A stretch of DNA of 64,000 bases, taken from NCBI GenBank assembly GCA_963726455.1, contig CAVSCK010000003.1:224001-288000 (forward strand), given 5' to 3'. Shown in pieces: positions 50,033 to 62,876 of this stretch. Each line of letters starts with the position of its first letter. Positions within the stretch are counted from its first letter, which is position 1. The translations under genes and the position numbers were made by a program. The notes beneath the pieces are model-generated. The model was not told where the DNA came from. It saw nothing but the letters and a program-made list of their open reading frames with translations, and ran no database searches. Source of the stretch: an uncultured bacterium. Its GTDB lineage: Bacteria; Zixibacteria; MSB-5A5; CAIYYT01.

Positions 50033-52203
50033 CTGCGTCTCCGTTGCCTGACTCGGCTCTGCCTCATTTTCGGCTTCGGCTTGGGAACACGAGTGTCCTC
50101 GACCAGACGCAAATCTATTTCTCCCGATTCCAGCGATACGTTGATAAGCTGCACTCTTACACGGTCTCCCAGCCGTATCCGTCTCCCCTTGCGCTGGCCG
50201 ATAACTTCGTATTTCTCCAGATCAGCGCGATAATAGTCATCCTCCATCTCCGACAGTCTCACCATTCCTTCGGCGCCGACATCGAGGATTCTGACAAACA
50301 CCCCGAACTCCAAGCATGCCGCTGATAACACCGTCGTAGACTTCGCCCAACTGCCGTGAAAGATATTGTGCCTGTTTGATCGCCAGCGTTTCGCGCTCGG
50401 CCTCCATGATTACCAGCTCTTGCTCGGAACAATGCTTGCCGATGCGCGACAGCGACGACTTCAACGCCGCCCCTTTGGACTCGCGATATTCGCCGCGCAG
50501 CAACTGTCTCAGTATTCGGTGTACTATCAAATCGGGATAGCGCCGTATCGGCGAAGTAAAATGCAGATATGACGCAAACGCCAACCCGAAATGTCCGATG
50601 TTTTCCGGCTGATAGTACGCCTTCTGCATCGACCGTATCAACAGCTCATTCAGGATTTCCTGCTCGTCCTTGCCTTTCAATCCCTCGATGAAATCCGAAA
50701 TGAACTTGGGACGCGGAGGTGAACCGAACGATACGCGATGGCCGAAATTCGAGGCGAAATTAATGAATGATGCCAGCTTGACCGGATCAGGCGACGGGTG
50801 AACCCTGTAGAGCACGGGTATATTCTTCGACAGCAATTCACTCGCCACGATCTTGTTCGCCAGCAGCATGAATTCCTCGATGATCCGGTTGCTCATCTTG
50901 CGTTCGCGGCGCACGACTCGTTCCGGCTCGCCCTTGTCATCCAGAATTACCTTGTATTCAGCCACCTCGAAGTCAATCGAACCTGACTCCATCCGTCGCG
51001 CGATCAATTTGAGCGCCAATTCCTCCATCAACTTGAGCGTTCGCCCGACTCCCGCCAGGCGCTCGAACCCTTCGCCGGTGTCAAGAAAGCGTTGCACTTG
51101 TTCATAGCTCAACTTCGCCTGCGAGCGGATTATCGTCTCCGCGATCTTGTGGCCGACTACGTTTCCGTCGTGAATCCAGTTCGATGATCGCCGACATCGT
51201 CAGCCGATCTTCGTTGGGCCGTAACGAGCAAATATCATTCGACAATCGTTCCGGCAGCATCGGCAACACGCGGTCGACCAGATATGCCGATGACGTCCGC
51301 GAGCGCGCCTCCTTGTCGAGATGGCTGTGGTCGCGCACGTAGTAACTGACGTCCGCGATATGCACACCCAGCGAAAAACCCGATTCCGTTACTTCTACCG
51401 AAACCGCGTCGTCATGGTCTTTGGCGTCTTCCGGATCGATCGTGAACACAATCTTGTCCCGATAATCGAGCTCGCTTCGAAATCTCATCATCGGTATCAT
51501 GGCAGGAATTTCCGCCGCTTCATTCGCGACCGATTTGGGAAACGCCATCGGCAAATCAAACTTGTGTATGATTGACAGCACATCGACACCCGGTTCTCCC
51601 GGCATCCCCAGCACTTCAATCACGTTGCCCCGCAGTTCGAATCGTCGGATCCTCGGATGGCAACAGCAGCACTACAACTTTCGCGCCATCCTTTATCGTC
51701 GTACCTTTCGGCGGACTGACATTCACCGACACCTTCAAGCGTCGGTCATCCGGCTTGACGGTCGTGCCATACCGCGTGTGATGATAGGTCCCCACAATCT
51801 GCCGGGTTCTGGCCTCGACAATCTTGGAGATCGCTCCTCGCCGAACCCCCTTGATCGTCTTTCCGGTAATGCGAACTTCCACGCGATCGCCGTGCAACCC
51901 ACCAAGGTCATGAAATCGATCGATCTCAATATCCGGGCTGCCGTCTTCCGGGGCCACGAATGCCAGACCTGACTTCGTCCGGGTTAGCTGGCCCACTACG
52001 GTCACAACCGGGACCGGCAAAGTAATCCGATTGCCCCTGATCTGCGCCAACTGTCCGGAATCGATCAGGTTCTTGATCGTTCGCCTGAACGTCGGGTAAT
52101 CTTTCTGCGAAATCTGTAGCTTACGAGCAAGCTCGCGTGTCTTCGATGGCTTATAGCTTGCCTCCGAGAGCCTCTGCTTGATCAATTCAATAAAATCTGT
52201 CAT
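50029..52203 (-). CDS. rnr: Ribonuclease R (several frameshifts)
   Basis: HGDRV, FTIDPEDAKDHDDA, HIADVSYYV, PMLPERLS, IEEFMLLAN, HFTSPIRRYPDL and S1 domain, spread over four fragments. Confidence 0.95.
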
Positions 52204-52209
52204 AAATAC

Positions 52210-52239
52210 AAGTTACTCACTAACTAGCCCCCTAGTCAA
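52210..52239 (-). promoter_or_regulatory. Sigma-70-type promoter of rnr, positioned for a leaderless transcript
   Basis: TTGACT-18-TAACTT-6-ATG with no SD. Confidence 0.55.
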
Positions 52240-52312
52240 CATAAAACTGTCAATTGTACGTTACGATATGCCAAAATGGCATAATGGTCGTCAACCTGAC
52301 GACCGTGCGCCC

Positions 52313-52825
52313 TTACTTTTGCCCCAGCTCCCTTTCGTAAACCCGATATGTAACATCATCATAGCAGGCGAATATCACTCGCTCAATCGCCCGGCAACCC
52401 TTCAAGCTTGCTCTCACCGTGGATATGGCGATCTTAGTCGCCTCCTGAAGAGGATAGCCATAGATGCCTGTACTGATCGCCGGAAACGCAATGCTGGTCA
52501 AACCTCGTTCCTCCGCCAGTTCCAAACTCCTGTGGTAGCATCCGGCCAGCAACTCCGGCTCGCCCTGACTTCCTTCCTGCCATCTTGGCCCGACCGCATG
52601 AATCACATATTTCGCTTTGAGATTGTATCCACCGGTAATCTTGGCATCACCCGTCGGGCAGCCACCCAACGTTCGGCATTCCTCAAGCAGCTTCGGCCCG
52701 GCCGCACGATGAATCGCGCCATCGACGCCACCGCCTCCCAGTAGCGACTCGTTGGCAGCATTGACAATGGCATCAACCTCAAGGTCGGTTATCGAACCTC
52801 GATACAATTCCAGTTTGACTGTCAT
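52313..52825 (-). CDS. Macro-domain O-acetyl-ADP-ribose deacetylase (YmdB-like)
   Basis: [25 protein letters not shown] and [12 protein letters not shown]. Confidence 0.95.
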   Translation of the reverse strand: MTVKLELYRGSITDLEVDAIVNAANESLLGGGGVDGAIHRAAGPKLLEECRTLGGCPTGDAKITGGYNLKAKYVIHAVGPRWQEGSQGEPELLAGCYHRSLELAEERGLTSIAFPAISTGIYGYPLQEATKIAISTVRASLKGCRAIERVIFACYDDVTYRVYERELGQK

Positions 52826-52831
52826 TGGCGA

Positions 52832-53878
<1,047 letters not shown>

Positions 53879-53935
53879 TCACAAAGACGCCCAAGATAGG
53901 CACATTAGAGTGTAACGCAAGCGAAATATTTCCTG

Positions 53936-55936
53936 TCATCGTACTCGAATCGGCATCACAACCATAGTTTGCCCGTCCCAGATCAACCGCTTTTGCAGTG
54001 AAAATGCCGTCTGGTTGTGTAACAGACGCGTATACCACGATTCGTGTTGAAAAACCAACTGCCCCGCAAAGAAAGTAATTCGCGAAAACTCCTTGGCGGT
54101 CTCGGCGCACAGAGTGTGCGCATCTTCGACGACATCGGTCCCAACCGACATCCGATACGTTGCCGGCACGCCCAATCGCTCCGCCAGCGCCACATATTGC
54201 TTCAGCGATTTCTCCGTACGATCTTTCAAGATCTAACAATTGCTCCGACCCCTTCATCTCGCCCGAATCCACCACGCCGACCGACAGGAAGACCAGATTA
54301 TGAAATTGGCCCGGAAACGATTTCAGTACATTGAGCACCGTGTGAACGCCTAGTCCACCGTAACCCGCGACCAGCACGCCTGCCGTCGGCTGTCGCGGAT
54401 CAAGATCGGCGCGCTGCGACGCCAGCGGTTCTTCCGGTATGTCGGACAAATCCCGATTCAACAAGTTGATCTTGGCGGCGACGTTGTTGTAATGTCTGCG
54501 TATTATCATGCACAGCACAACCAGGACACCCGTAATTACGACCGTCAGCCAGCCGCCTTCCATAAACTTCTCCGCCGTCGTAATAGTCAAAACCGTCGCG
54601 CACAGCAGAAAGCCCACCGTGAACAGCGACGTGTGTCCGATCCAACCTTTCTGCCCGTGCCGCTTGATCCACATCTTCAACATCCCGAACATCGACAGCG
54701 AAAACGTCAGGAACACGTTGATACTGTACATCACAATCAGACTGTGGATATTTCCGCGCGTGTACAGAACAATAGCCAGCGACGCGGCGCCCATCACTAT
54801 GATCCCATTCTGCGTCGTCAACCGTTCCGACAACGTGGAAAAATGGCGCGGTACCCAGGAATCCACGGCCATGTTCGCCAATACGCGCGGTCCGTCAATA
54901 AAACCGGCTTGCGCAGCGACCACCAGTAGCGCTCCCGCGGAGAACATCGCCAGCACGACAAACACTTCGCCGCCGGGCATATTCCCCACCACTCGATAAG
55001 CCAACACGGCATTCATCGTCTTCCCCGGTTCCGGCGCAATATCCCACAGCAGATAGCATATCAGCAGACCGGCGGCCGTAATCGACAACGACACCGCCAT
55101 ATACACCATCGTTCGCTTGGCGGTATGCACCCGCGGCTCCCGCATGATCGGAATACCGTTCGAAACCGCCTCAATTCCGGTATACGTGCCGCCACCCATC
55201 GAATAGGCGCGCGCAAATAGCGCCACCATTCCCACCAATCCCATCATTCCGAAACCCGTTTGGAATCCGGTGGTTGCCTGGTCAACGATCACGGGAACGT
55301 TGCCCGCGTGCATCAGAATTCCCGCACCGATCAGCAATGCGTGCGTAACCAGGAACAGAAAGAAAATTGGCGCCAATGCCAGAACCGACTCTCTGACTCC
55401 TCGATGTTAAGCATTGTCAGTACTACAATGACAGCCGCAGTCAGTGGCAGTCGCAGGAATTGCCACTCGACGGGCATCAAGCTGAACAACGCGTCGCCGG
55501 CCGCAACGATCGACACCGCAATCGTCAGAATGTAGTCGACCAGGAGCGCGCTGCCTGACACCACGCCGATGTGTGCCCCCAGCAGTTTCGACGCCACCAG
55601 ATAACCGCCACCACCATGCGGAAATTCCTCGATGATGCGGCTGTAGCCCATCGAGATAATGAACACCGTTAGCGCCGTGGCCGCTGCCAGTCCGAACGCC
55701 AGATAGGTTTGTCCTTGCAACGCGCGGAATGCTTCCTCCGGACCGTAGGACGATGACGACAATCCATCGGCGCCCAATCCGATCCAGGCCAGCACCGGTA
55801 TCAGAGATATTTTGTGAAATAACGATGGTTCCGAAATATCGCGCGGCTTGCCGAACAGGATATGCTTGACGCGCGAACCGAGGCGTTCGCCGTCATCCGG
55901 ATTAGTATTGGGTGATTGCGGCTCAATATTCGACAT
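53936..55936 (-). CDS. APC-superfamily transporter, KimA-like potassium transporter (2 frameshifts)
   Basis: GADGLSSSSYGPEE, FPHGGGGY, LLVDYILT, TGIEAVSNG, MYSINVF, EKFMEGGW and soluble C-terminus ending RLLHNQTA. Confidence 0.85.
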
Positions 55937-56057
55937 GTATTTCGGGCAACGAACCCGCGTCCTTTCATAGGTTATATCGGGCGATGAATCTATTGTCACT
56001 CAATGGGGATGTCAAATGAAACTTGGCTCGTCAGCCATGGTGGGACAAATGAAACAA

Positions 56058-56131
56058 TCGGGGTGAGAGGATTTGAACCTCCGACATCTTGCTCCCAAAG
56101 CAAGCGCGCTACCGGGCTGCGCCACACCCCG
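56058..56131 (-). tRNA. tRNA-Pro(TGG), CCA not encoded
   Basis: Cloverleaf CGGGGTGTGGCGCAGCCCGGTAGCGCGCTTGCTTTGGGAGCAAGATGTCGGAGGTTCAAATCCTCTCACCCCGA. Confidence 0.96.
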
Positions 56132-56336
56132 AATCGCCAAACGGCGGACTAATAATAGACACCGACGCCGTGAAGTCAAGCGGCAATTAGGTCTCAATTC
56201 GCCCTGAATATGGTCGTTTCATTCAATCCTGGACTTTTTTGCCATTGACTTGACTCCCGCAGGCGGGGTATCTTCCGCATGTGAATATGCCTGTCCGTGA
56301 TCTGCACATAGACTGAATCTGGAGAAACGCTGTCGT

Positions 56337-58030
56337 ATGCCTGAAATCACTCGTGAAGAAATGGAAGTTGACGTCCTGCTTGTCGGCGCCGGACCGGCCA
56401 ATCTCGCCTGTGCCTACCGGCTTCTGGAATTGATCGAACAGGATACAGCCGCATGGCGGCAACTCGGCGAAACTGTCATCATGGTAATCGAAAAAGGCGC
56501 ACATGTCGGCGCCCATTCGATTTCCGGAGCCGTGCTCGATCCCGTTTCTCTCAAAGAACTGATTCCGAATTTCGCCGAATTGGGTGCTCCCGTCGACACA
56601 CCGGTCACATCCGAGACCATGTTGTATCTGACCAAGGGCGGCAAATTCAAAGTTCCCTGGGTGCCTTCCAGCATGCATCATCACGGCTGCTATGTCATCT
56701 CCCTTAATGAACTGGTAAGTTGGCTCGGCGCACAACTCGAAGCAAAGGGCTGCGAGATCTTCGCCGGAACTGCCGGCGCCAAGCTGCTTTTCGAAGGTGA
56801 CAAAGTTGTCGGTGTACAGACCGACGATAAAGGCATCAACAAAGAAGGCGAGCAGAAAGCCGTCGTTTGAGCCGGGAATGAATCTGCGAGCCAAAGTCAC
56901 CGTCTTGGTGAAGGCGTACGCGGTTCGCTGACCAAAACACTAATCAGCAAACTCAAACTTGGATGACGATCGCAATCCGCAGACCTACACTACCGGCGTC
57001 AAAGAACTCTGGGAATTCCCGGCCGGAACGCTGAAGCCGGGCACTGTCTATCACACGATGGGCTTTCCGCTCGACCATGCAGACCTTCGGCGGCGGATTT
57101 ATTTATCATCTTTCCGACACTCTGATGTCGATCGGCATTGGTTGTCGGACTGAATTATCGTAATCCCTTCACCGAACCACAGGCGCTGTTTTCGAAGATG
57201 AAGACGCATCCGTACATCGCCAAGATGCTCGACAAGGGCAAGATGATTCGTTACGGCGCCAAGGCGATTCCCGAAGGTGGCTACTGGTCGATCCCCAAGA
57301 ACTACGGCGATGGGTTCCTCGATCACCGGCGACGCTACCGCGTTTCTCAATCCGGCTCGATCTGAAGGGAATTCATCTGGCGATCAAGTCAGGTATGCTC
57401 GCAGCCGAGACCATTTTCGCCGCGCTCAAGAAAGGTGATTTCTCTGATTCGGCGCTGTCGCACTACGATCAAAAATGGCGTTCATCTTTCATCTACAAGG
57501 AACTTGTACGGCCAGCGCAATTTCCACCACATGTTCGAGCACGGTGTTTGGTCGGCGCCGGGATTTGTCTTCAAACAACTCCTGAAAGGCCCCAAGGCGT
57601 TTCGCACCAAACCGCCATCGATCATCTGAGGACTCATCTCAATATGCGCAAGCTGGCTGACTATTTCGGCGGCATTCGTGCCAAAGCCGGAACAGTGGCG
57701 TCCCAAACCGGATGGCAAATTGGTGATGAGCAAGCTGGATGCCGTCTATTTCTCCGGCACCCATCATGAGGAAGACCAGCCGTCGCATCTGCTCGTCAGC
57801 GACACCAATATCTGCGCGACAAAATGCGTGTCAAGAATACGGCAATCCCTGCCAGTTCTTCTGTCCGGCGCAGGTTTACGAGATGGAAGAGTCCGAAGGC
57901 AAACTGCAGATTGAAAATCAATGCGTCAAACTGCGTCCACTGCAAGACGTGTGATATCGCCGATCCTTACGCCATTATTACGTGGGTACCGCCCGAGGGC
58001 GGCGGCGGGCCAAAGTACGACGGCCTGTAG
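56337..58030 (+). CDS. Electron transfer flavoprotein-quinone oxidoreductase (multiple frameshifts)
   Basis: [54 protein letters not shown] and [13 protein letters not shown]...[10 protein letters not shown], across fragments. Confidence 0.92.
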
Positions 58031-58035
58031 ACCGG

Positions 58036-59604
58036 CTAATTCAGTGGCACCAGCTTGACTGCCTGCTGGTCGATTTTCGGCAACAATCGTTTATCGACCT
58101 GAAACCGATATTCTTTGCTCCCCGGCTTTTGCAGACTTTCGCCGCTGAAGCCGACTCCATACTTCCCGGTAATGACATTGGTATAGAAATCGTAAGTGCC
58201 GATTTCATTCTCTTTGGTTGAGAACATCAAGGCATAATGCTGCTGCTGCCAGGAGTTGTCGGAGAAATACTCCTTGTAAAGCGAACTCTGGTATGCGTCA
58301 GCGGTCTGTGTCGATCCAATCAAGAGAGCTGCTTTCGCCCCGTCAGCTTTCGGGCTCACGAACACATTGTAGTGTGCGCTATCCTCCAAAATCCGCAGTG
58401 AGAAGTTCGGTGTGCCCGACTCATACACCAGCTTACCCTTATTCGGCGCGCCGGCACTGATACCGGCGTACTTCTGCGTCTTCACGAATGCTTTGAACTC
58501 CGACTCCAAAACGGTCCAACTCTTACCGGTGGCGGCAGCCGCTAGACTCTCGAACTTCTTTTGCGTGATCGCTTTGACTTGTTCCTCGCTGCCCGATAGT
58601 TCACGGTACAACTTAAAGTATTTTTCATGTCCCAGTTTCTCGAACAGGAACTTGCAGAACAATCCGGCCACCGGATACGAAAAATCAGGATTGTCTTCCA
58701 TCCCTCGGAATCCGTCGTAAGTGAGTAGCTTGTCCCACTCATGGTAATTATTCAAATAGATGTAACTTCCGACATAGAGCATCACTTCCGGAGACCGGCC
58801 CCAGCGACCGCCCAAAAACGTTGCGGTTCCTTCCTCGATAAATGGCAGCGTATAGTACGGAATCGAATCATTCGCGTAGGCGACCAGCAGTTGCGCAATC
58901 TCATGGTATGGCGGCAGAAACTTGCTTACCACTGCATCCAGCGGGCGGTAAAATACGCCGTGCGCCGGTAAACCGGTCAGCATCTGCACTTCTCCGTAAG
59001 ATTCGCAGAGAATGATGCGAAACTTCGCCTTCTCCAGATTCGCCATTTTCGCATCGGAAATCCCCAGCGTCTTGGCCGTCTCTTCCACAAACTGGTCCGC
59101 CGCCGTGATATTGCCGTTTTGCAGCAACGTCAGGTCGCGATAGGTCAGGTCAAAATATTTTCCCTCGGCCTGCTCCCAACTTTCCGTAAACACCCGCAGC
59201 GTTGACGCCAATGAAGGTTCCACCGTCGAGGTGGTCACGGCATAATAGACGCCGGTGTACGTTGTATCCTGCGTTTTCAGTGAGTAGCTGATTCTGGCAA
59301 ATCCCCGGTTGACCGTGATCGTATCGACCGTTACCTTGGCGGTGCCGGCTTTGAGCGCGTCCAGGTTTTCCAGTATTTGCGAACCTGCATCCACCTTGAT
59401 CGGGGTATCTTTATAGCGAATTCCGAGCTGATCTGACCAGGTGCGATCCAATAGCGACCAATGATTGAGTGCAAACCGATTGTCGCCCGCCTTCAGGGCG
59501 GCGACGTATCCGTAGAAAAATGCCTGAACTTCGTCTTGCGAAATTTCCGCCATCGCAATTTGAGAGTAAAGCAGTAGGCAAATTATCAGAACTCGTTTCA
59601 TCAT
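58036..59604 (-). CDS. Secreted protein with degenerate peptidase MA-like domain
   Basis: Signal peptide; YHEIAQ...FIEEGTATF, followed by SYPVAGLFCKFL. Confidence 0.7.
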   Translation of the reverse strand: MMKRVLIICLLLYSQIAMAEISQDEVQAFFYGYVAALKAGDNRFALNHWSLLDRTWSDQLGIRYKDTPIKVDAGSQILENLDALKAGTAKVTVDTITVNRGFARISYSLKTQDTTYTGVYYAVTTSTVEPSLASTLRVFTESWEQAEGKYFDLTYRDLTLLQNGNITAADQFVEETAKTLGISDAKMANLEKAKFRIILCESYGEVQMLTGLPAHGVFYRPLDAVVSKFLPPYHEIAQLLVAYANDSIPYYTLPFIEEGTATFLGGRWGRSPEVMLYVGSYIYLNNYHEWDKLLTYDGFRGMEDNPDFSYPVAGLFCKFLFEKLGHEKYFKLYRELSGSEEQVKAITQKKFESLAAAATGKSWTVLESEFKAFVKTQKYAGISAGAPNKGKLVYESGTPNFSLRILEDSAHYNVFVSPKADGAKAALLIGSTQTADAYQSSLYKEYFSDNSWQQQHYALMFSTKENEIGTYDFYTNVITGKYGVGFSGESLQKPGSKEYRFQVDKRLLPKIDQQAVKLVPLN

Positions 59605-59748
59605 GTCTCCTGTGTTCGCTACAATACCATTGTCCCGGATCCTTGCAGTCCCGGCGCCCGGAACGTCGATGCGTCCCGATTTATTAATTATAAACCAATG
59701 CAGCGCGAGAATCTAAGATTTTTTGCAGGGAATTGCGGCTATTCCGCG

Positions 59749-60057
59749 TCAACTGAGGCGCACATACACAAATCCGTCGACGACTTCGACGTCGTAGGTC
59801 TCGATTTTGACTCCTGGGGCTTCAAGTGACTGGCCGGTAACCACGTTCAGCCGCCAACCATGCATCGGACAGGTTGCCACTTCCCCATCCAGTTCGCCCC
59901 CCTCGTAACTCGCGCCCTGGTGCGGACAGATGTCCTCGACGGCATAATACCGGCTTTCGACTTTGAATATCGCCACCGGCCTGCCGTCAATCTCGACCGC
60001 CAGCGCCGTGTCATCCGGCACCTCGTCGACGGAACATACTTTTACGTAATCCTCCAT
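59749..60057 (-). CDS. Rieske [2Fe-2S] ferredoxin
   Basis: CPH...CPMHGW. Confidence 0.92.
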   Translation of the reverse strand: MEDYVKVCSVDEVPDDTALAVEIDGRPVAIFKVESRYYAVEDICPHQGASYEGGELDGEVATCPMHGWRLNVVTGQSLEAPGVKIETYDVEVVDGFVYVRLS

Positions 60058-60121
60058 ATCGGCGCCAATATGTCGTTTGAACTTCAAAAGTCAAGGACGA
60101 CTGTTGGCTCCAGAAGGACGT

Positions 60122-60574
60122 CTAAAGAATTTCGAGTAGTTGCTCGGCATGCGCCTCGGTGTCAACTTTGGCAATCACCTCGGCAATCTTGCCGTCCTCT
60201 CCGATGACGAAAGTTGTTCTCGCAATCCCCATCGACTTCTTGCCGTACATGTTCTTCTCCACCCAGACCCCGAACTTCTCGGCAACCTTGTGATCAAGAT
60301 CGGACAGCAGCGGAAACGGCAGATTGTATTTGTCGGTGAATTTGACATGGCTTTCGACACTGTCAGGCGAGATTCCGTATACCGTCACGCCTTGTTTCAA
60401 GAGTCGCTTATGCGAGTCGCGAATGGAACATGCTTCCTTCGTGCAACCCGGAGTGTCGTCCTTGGGGTAGAAGTAGAGCACGACCTTCTTGCCTTTCCAA
60501 TCGGTTGATTTCACAATCGTGCCATCAGTCTGCTTCAATGAAAACTGCGGTAGCTTATCCCCGGCTTTCAACAT
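60122..60574 (-). CDS. bcp: Peroxiredoxin Bcp
   Basis: YFYPKDDTPGCTKEAC and RTTFVI. Confidence 0.95.
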   Translation of the reverse strand: MLKAGDKLPQFSLKQTDGTIVKSTDWKGKKVVLYFYPKDDTPGCTKEACSIRDSHKRLLKQGVTVYGISPDSVESHVKFTDKYNLPFPLLSDLDHKVAEKFGVWVEKNMYGKKSMGIARTTFVIGEDGKIAEVIAKVDTEAHAEQLLEIL

Positions 60575-60680
60575 CTTTGCTCCTCCGTCTTATCTTCAGT
60601 TCAATATTTCACTCACCATAATGAATACGAATGAAAGTTTTAGTTGATATTAGCTCCGCAACCTCCTTTTATACCACTGC

Positions 60681-61123
60681 ATGTTGAGCGAATTGCAGGA
60701 GATCTTTCGCGAAGCATACATCAAGGAACGCCGGTTGAATCTGCTATACGGTGTTCTTACGGAAATCGTCGAAGCCGAGGGTGACGGCAACGGTTTCTTT
60801 GTCAAGGCGCGTGAAGATCAAGACGGCGATCTGCAGATGTTGCAGGAGATAAATCAGAAGTACGGCAATGCCGGACATTGATCCCAGCATTCTCGAAAAG
60901 ATGGGTGATAGTCTGCTGCACTTGCGTTCCAATCACAAGGGCAAAGAGGAACTGCTGCAGGAAATTCTCGAGTGCGAAAAGGAACTGGTCGACATCTACC
61001 AGCGACTCGTTGCGCTTTCTCACATCGGACGATCAAACGCGGCGGCTGATCAACCGCATCCTGACTGTCAAGCTCAACCACAAACTTGAGATCATCGACT
61101 CACTCCACAAATACACTCCCTAG
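60681..61123 (+). CDS. Ferritin-like four-helix-bundle protein (2 frameshifts)
   Basis: Three overlapping fragments join to about 146 aa with paired helices KERRLNLLY and CEKELVDIY...INRIL...H. Confidence 0.6.
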
Positions 61124-61180
61124 TCTGTAATACCTGTTGGCACTGGCAATCAGCGCAATCTGCACTCGCATCAAAACCGC

Positions 61181-61209
61181 TTGACACGAATCAGTCCCCG
61201 CCTTACATT
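61181..61209 (+). promoter_or_regulatory. Sigma-70 promoter of the pyr operon
   Basis: TTGACA-17-TACATT. Confidence 0.8.
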
Positions 61210-61223
61210 AGCCGCTCAGTTTG

Positions 61224-61257
61224 TTCCTTTAATCGGGTCCCGCGAGACCGAAAGGAA
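61224..61257 (+). promoter_or_regulatory. PyrR-binding RNA hairpin
   Basis: TTCCTTTAATCGGGTCCCGCGAGACCGAAAGGAA has the CUUUAA element and the UCCnGnGAG loop of PyrR binding sites; it lies upstream of pyrR. Confidence 0.85.
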
Positions 61258-61261
61258 GAAA

Positions 61262-61330
61262 ATGCACGCCGTTACGAATATCCAGCTGAAACAGCGCTCT
61301 TATACCATTGTGACGATAACTTCATTGTAA
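61262..61330 (+). CDS. Putative 22-aa leader peptide of the pyr operon
   Basis: MHAVTNIQLKQRSYTIVTITSL*; its RBS (AAAGGA) is the 3' arm of the PyrR hairpin and its stop abuts the pyrR RBS. Confidence 0.4.
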   Translation: MHAVTNIQLKQRSYTIVTITSL

Positions 61331-61340
61331 AGGAGTCACC

Positions 61341-61935
61341 TTGCCTGAAAAAGAGTATACAGTAATCATGGATGCGAAACAGATTTCGCATGCCATCACG
61401 CGCATCGCCCATGAGATTCTCGAATCGCTCGAGCGAGTCGGATAAACTCGCCGATCATCGGCATCCGTTCCAACGGCGATCATCTCGCCGATCGTCTGGC
61501 GGCGACGATCAAGAAGATCGACGGCCGCGAGATCGACGTCGGCTACATGGATATCACGCTATATCGCGATGATCTGCTGACCAATCCCGAACATCCGGAG
61601 ATCAAAGCTACCGAGATTCTCTTCCCGGTAGATCACAAGGTTATCATGCTCGTGGATGATGTCCTCTTCACCGGCAGAACTATCCGCGCTGCGCTGAACC
61701 AGATACCCGACTACGGTCGTCCCGAGGCCGTGCGGCTGGCGGTCCTGGTTGATCGCGGCGGCAGAGAGCTGCCGATTCGCGCCGATTTCGTCGGCAAGAA
61801 CATTCCCACCTCGCGCCATGACGACGTCGTCGTCAAACTGAAAGAACGCGGCGGCGACGATTCCGTGCTGCTGCGTCGGGACGAAGCGAGCCGAGAAAGC
61901 CGAAGAAAGCAGCCAAGAAAGGGAGCAAGAAATGA
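61341..61935 (+). CDS. pyrR: Bifunctional pyrimidine regulator/UPRTase PyrR (frameshifts)
   Basis: TTG start with AAGGAG; ITRIAHEILE, DITLYRDD, LVDDVLFTGRTIRAAL and RELPIRADFVGK. End inferred at the ATGA overlap with pyrB. Confidence 0.92.
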
Positions 61936-62876
61936 CCGTAAAACGCAAGCATCTTGCTCGGTTTGGAAGAGCTCGAACCGCACGAGATCATGAGCTTTCT
62001 GGAATCCGCCAAGGTCTTTCGCGAAGTATTGGATCGTCCGATCAAGAAGGTCGCGCCGTTGCGTGGTCTGACTGTCGTCAATCTCTTCTTTGAACCGTCA
62101 ACCCGCACGCGCGTTGTCGTTCGAACTGGCGGAGAAGCGTCTTTCCGCCGACACGGTCAGTTTCACGACCGCGACATCGTCGGTAAAGAAAGGCGAGACT
62201 CTGAAAGACACCGTCCGCAATATCGAAGCGATGAAGATTGACATGATCGTCATTCGCCACCAATCATCGGGCGTTCCCTACTTCCTGACGCGCTTCTCCG
62301 ATGCCTGCATTGTCAACGCCGGCGACGGTCAGCATGAACATCCGACCCAGGGTCTGCTCGATCTCTATACGATCTGGACCAAATACAAGAAGATCAAAGG
62401 CCTGCGCGTCGTGCTGATGGGTGACGCCAAACATTCGCGCGTGATTCGTTCCAACATCTGGGGACTGACCAAGCTGGGCGCTTCGGTTGCCGTCTGCGGA
62501 CCGCCAACTCTGCTGCCGGTGGAACTGGAAAAGATGGGGGTCGAGGTCTACACCGATATCGACAAGGCGCTGGATGGCGCCGATGTCGTCAACGTCATGC
62601 GCATCCAACTGGAACGCCAGACATCAGGACTGCTGCCGTCACTGCGCGAATACACGACACTCTTCGGCATCACCCAGCGAACGTCTGAAACGTCTCAACA
62701 AGAACTACACGATCATGCATCCGGGACCCATCAATCGCGGTATCGAACTGGCCGACGATGTCGCCGACAGCGACAACTCGGTTATTCTGGAGCAGGTTAC
62801 CAACGGCGTCGCCGTGCGGATGGCGGTGCTTTATCTTCTGGCAGCAAGCGAGGGCAAGAATGTCAAACAAGATTAA
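61932..62876 (+). CDS. pyrB: Aspartate carbamoyltransferase catalytic subunit (frameshifts)
   Basis: [45 protein letters not shown] and QVTNGV. Confidence 0.95.

Noticed and set aside
55937-56050. c-di-AMP (ydaO) riboswitch upstream of the KimA-like gene
   Set aside because: The space between tRNA-Pro and the ATG is short, the apparent leader is about 30 nt, and no matching structure was seen.
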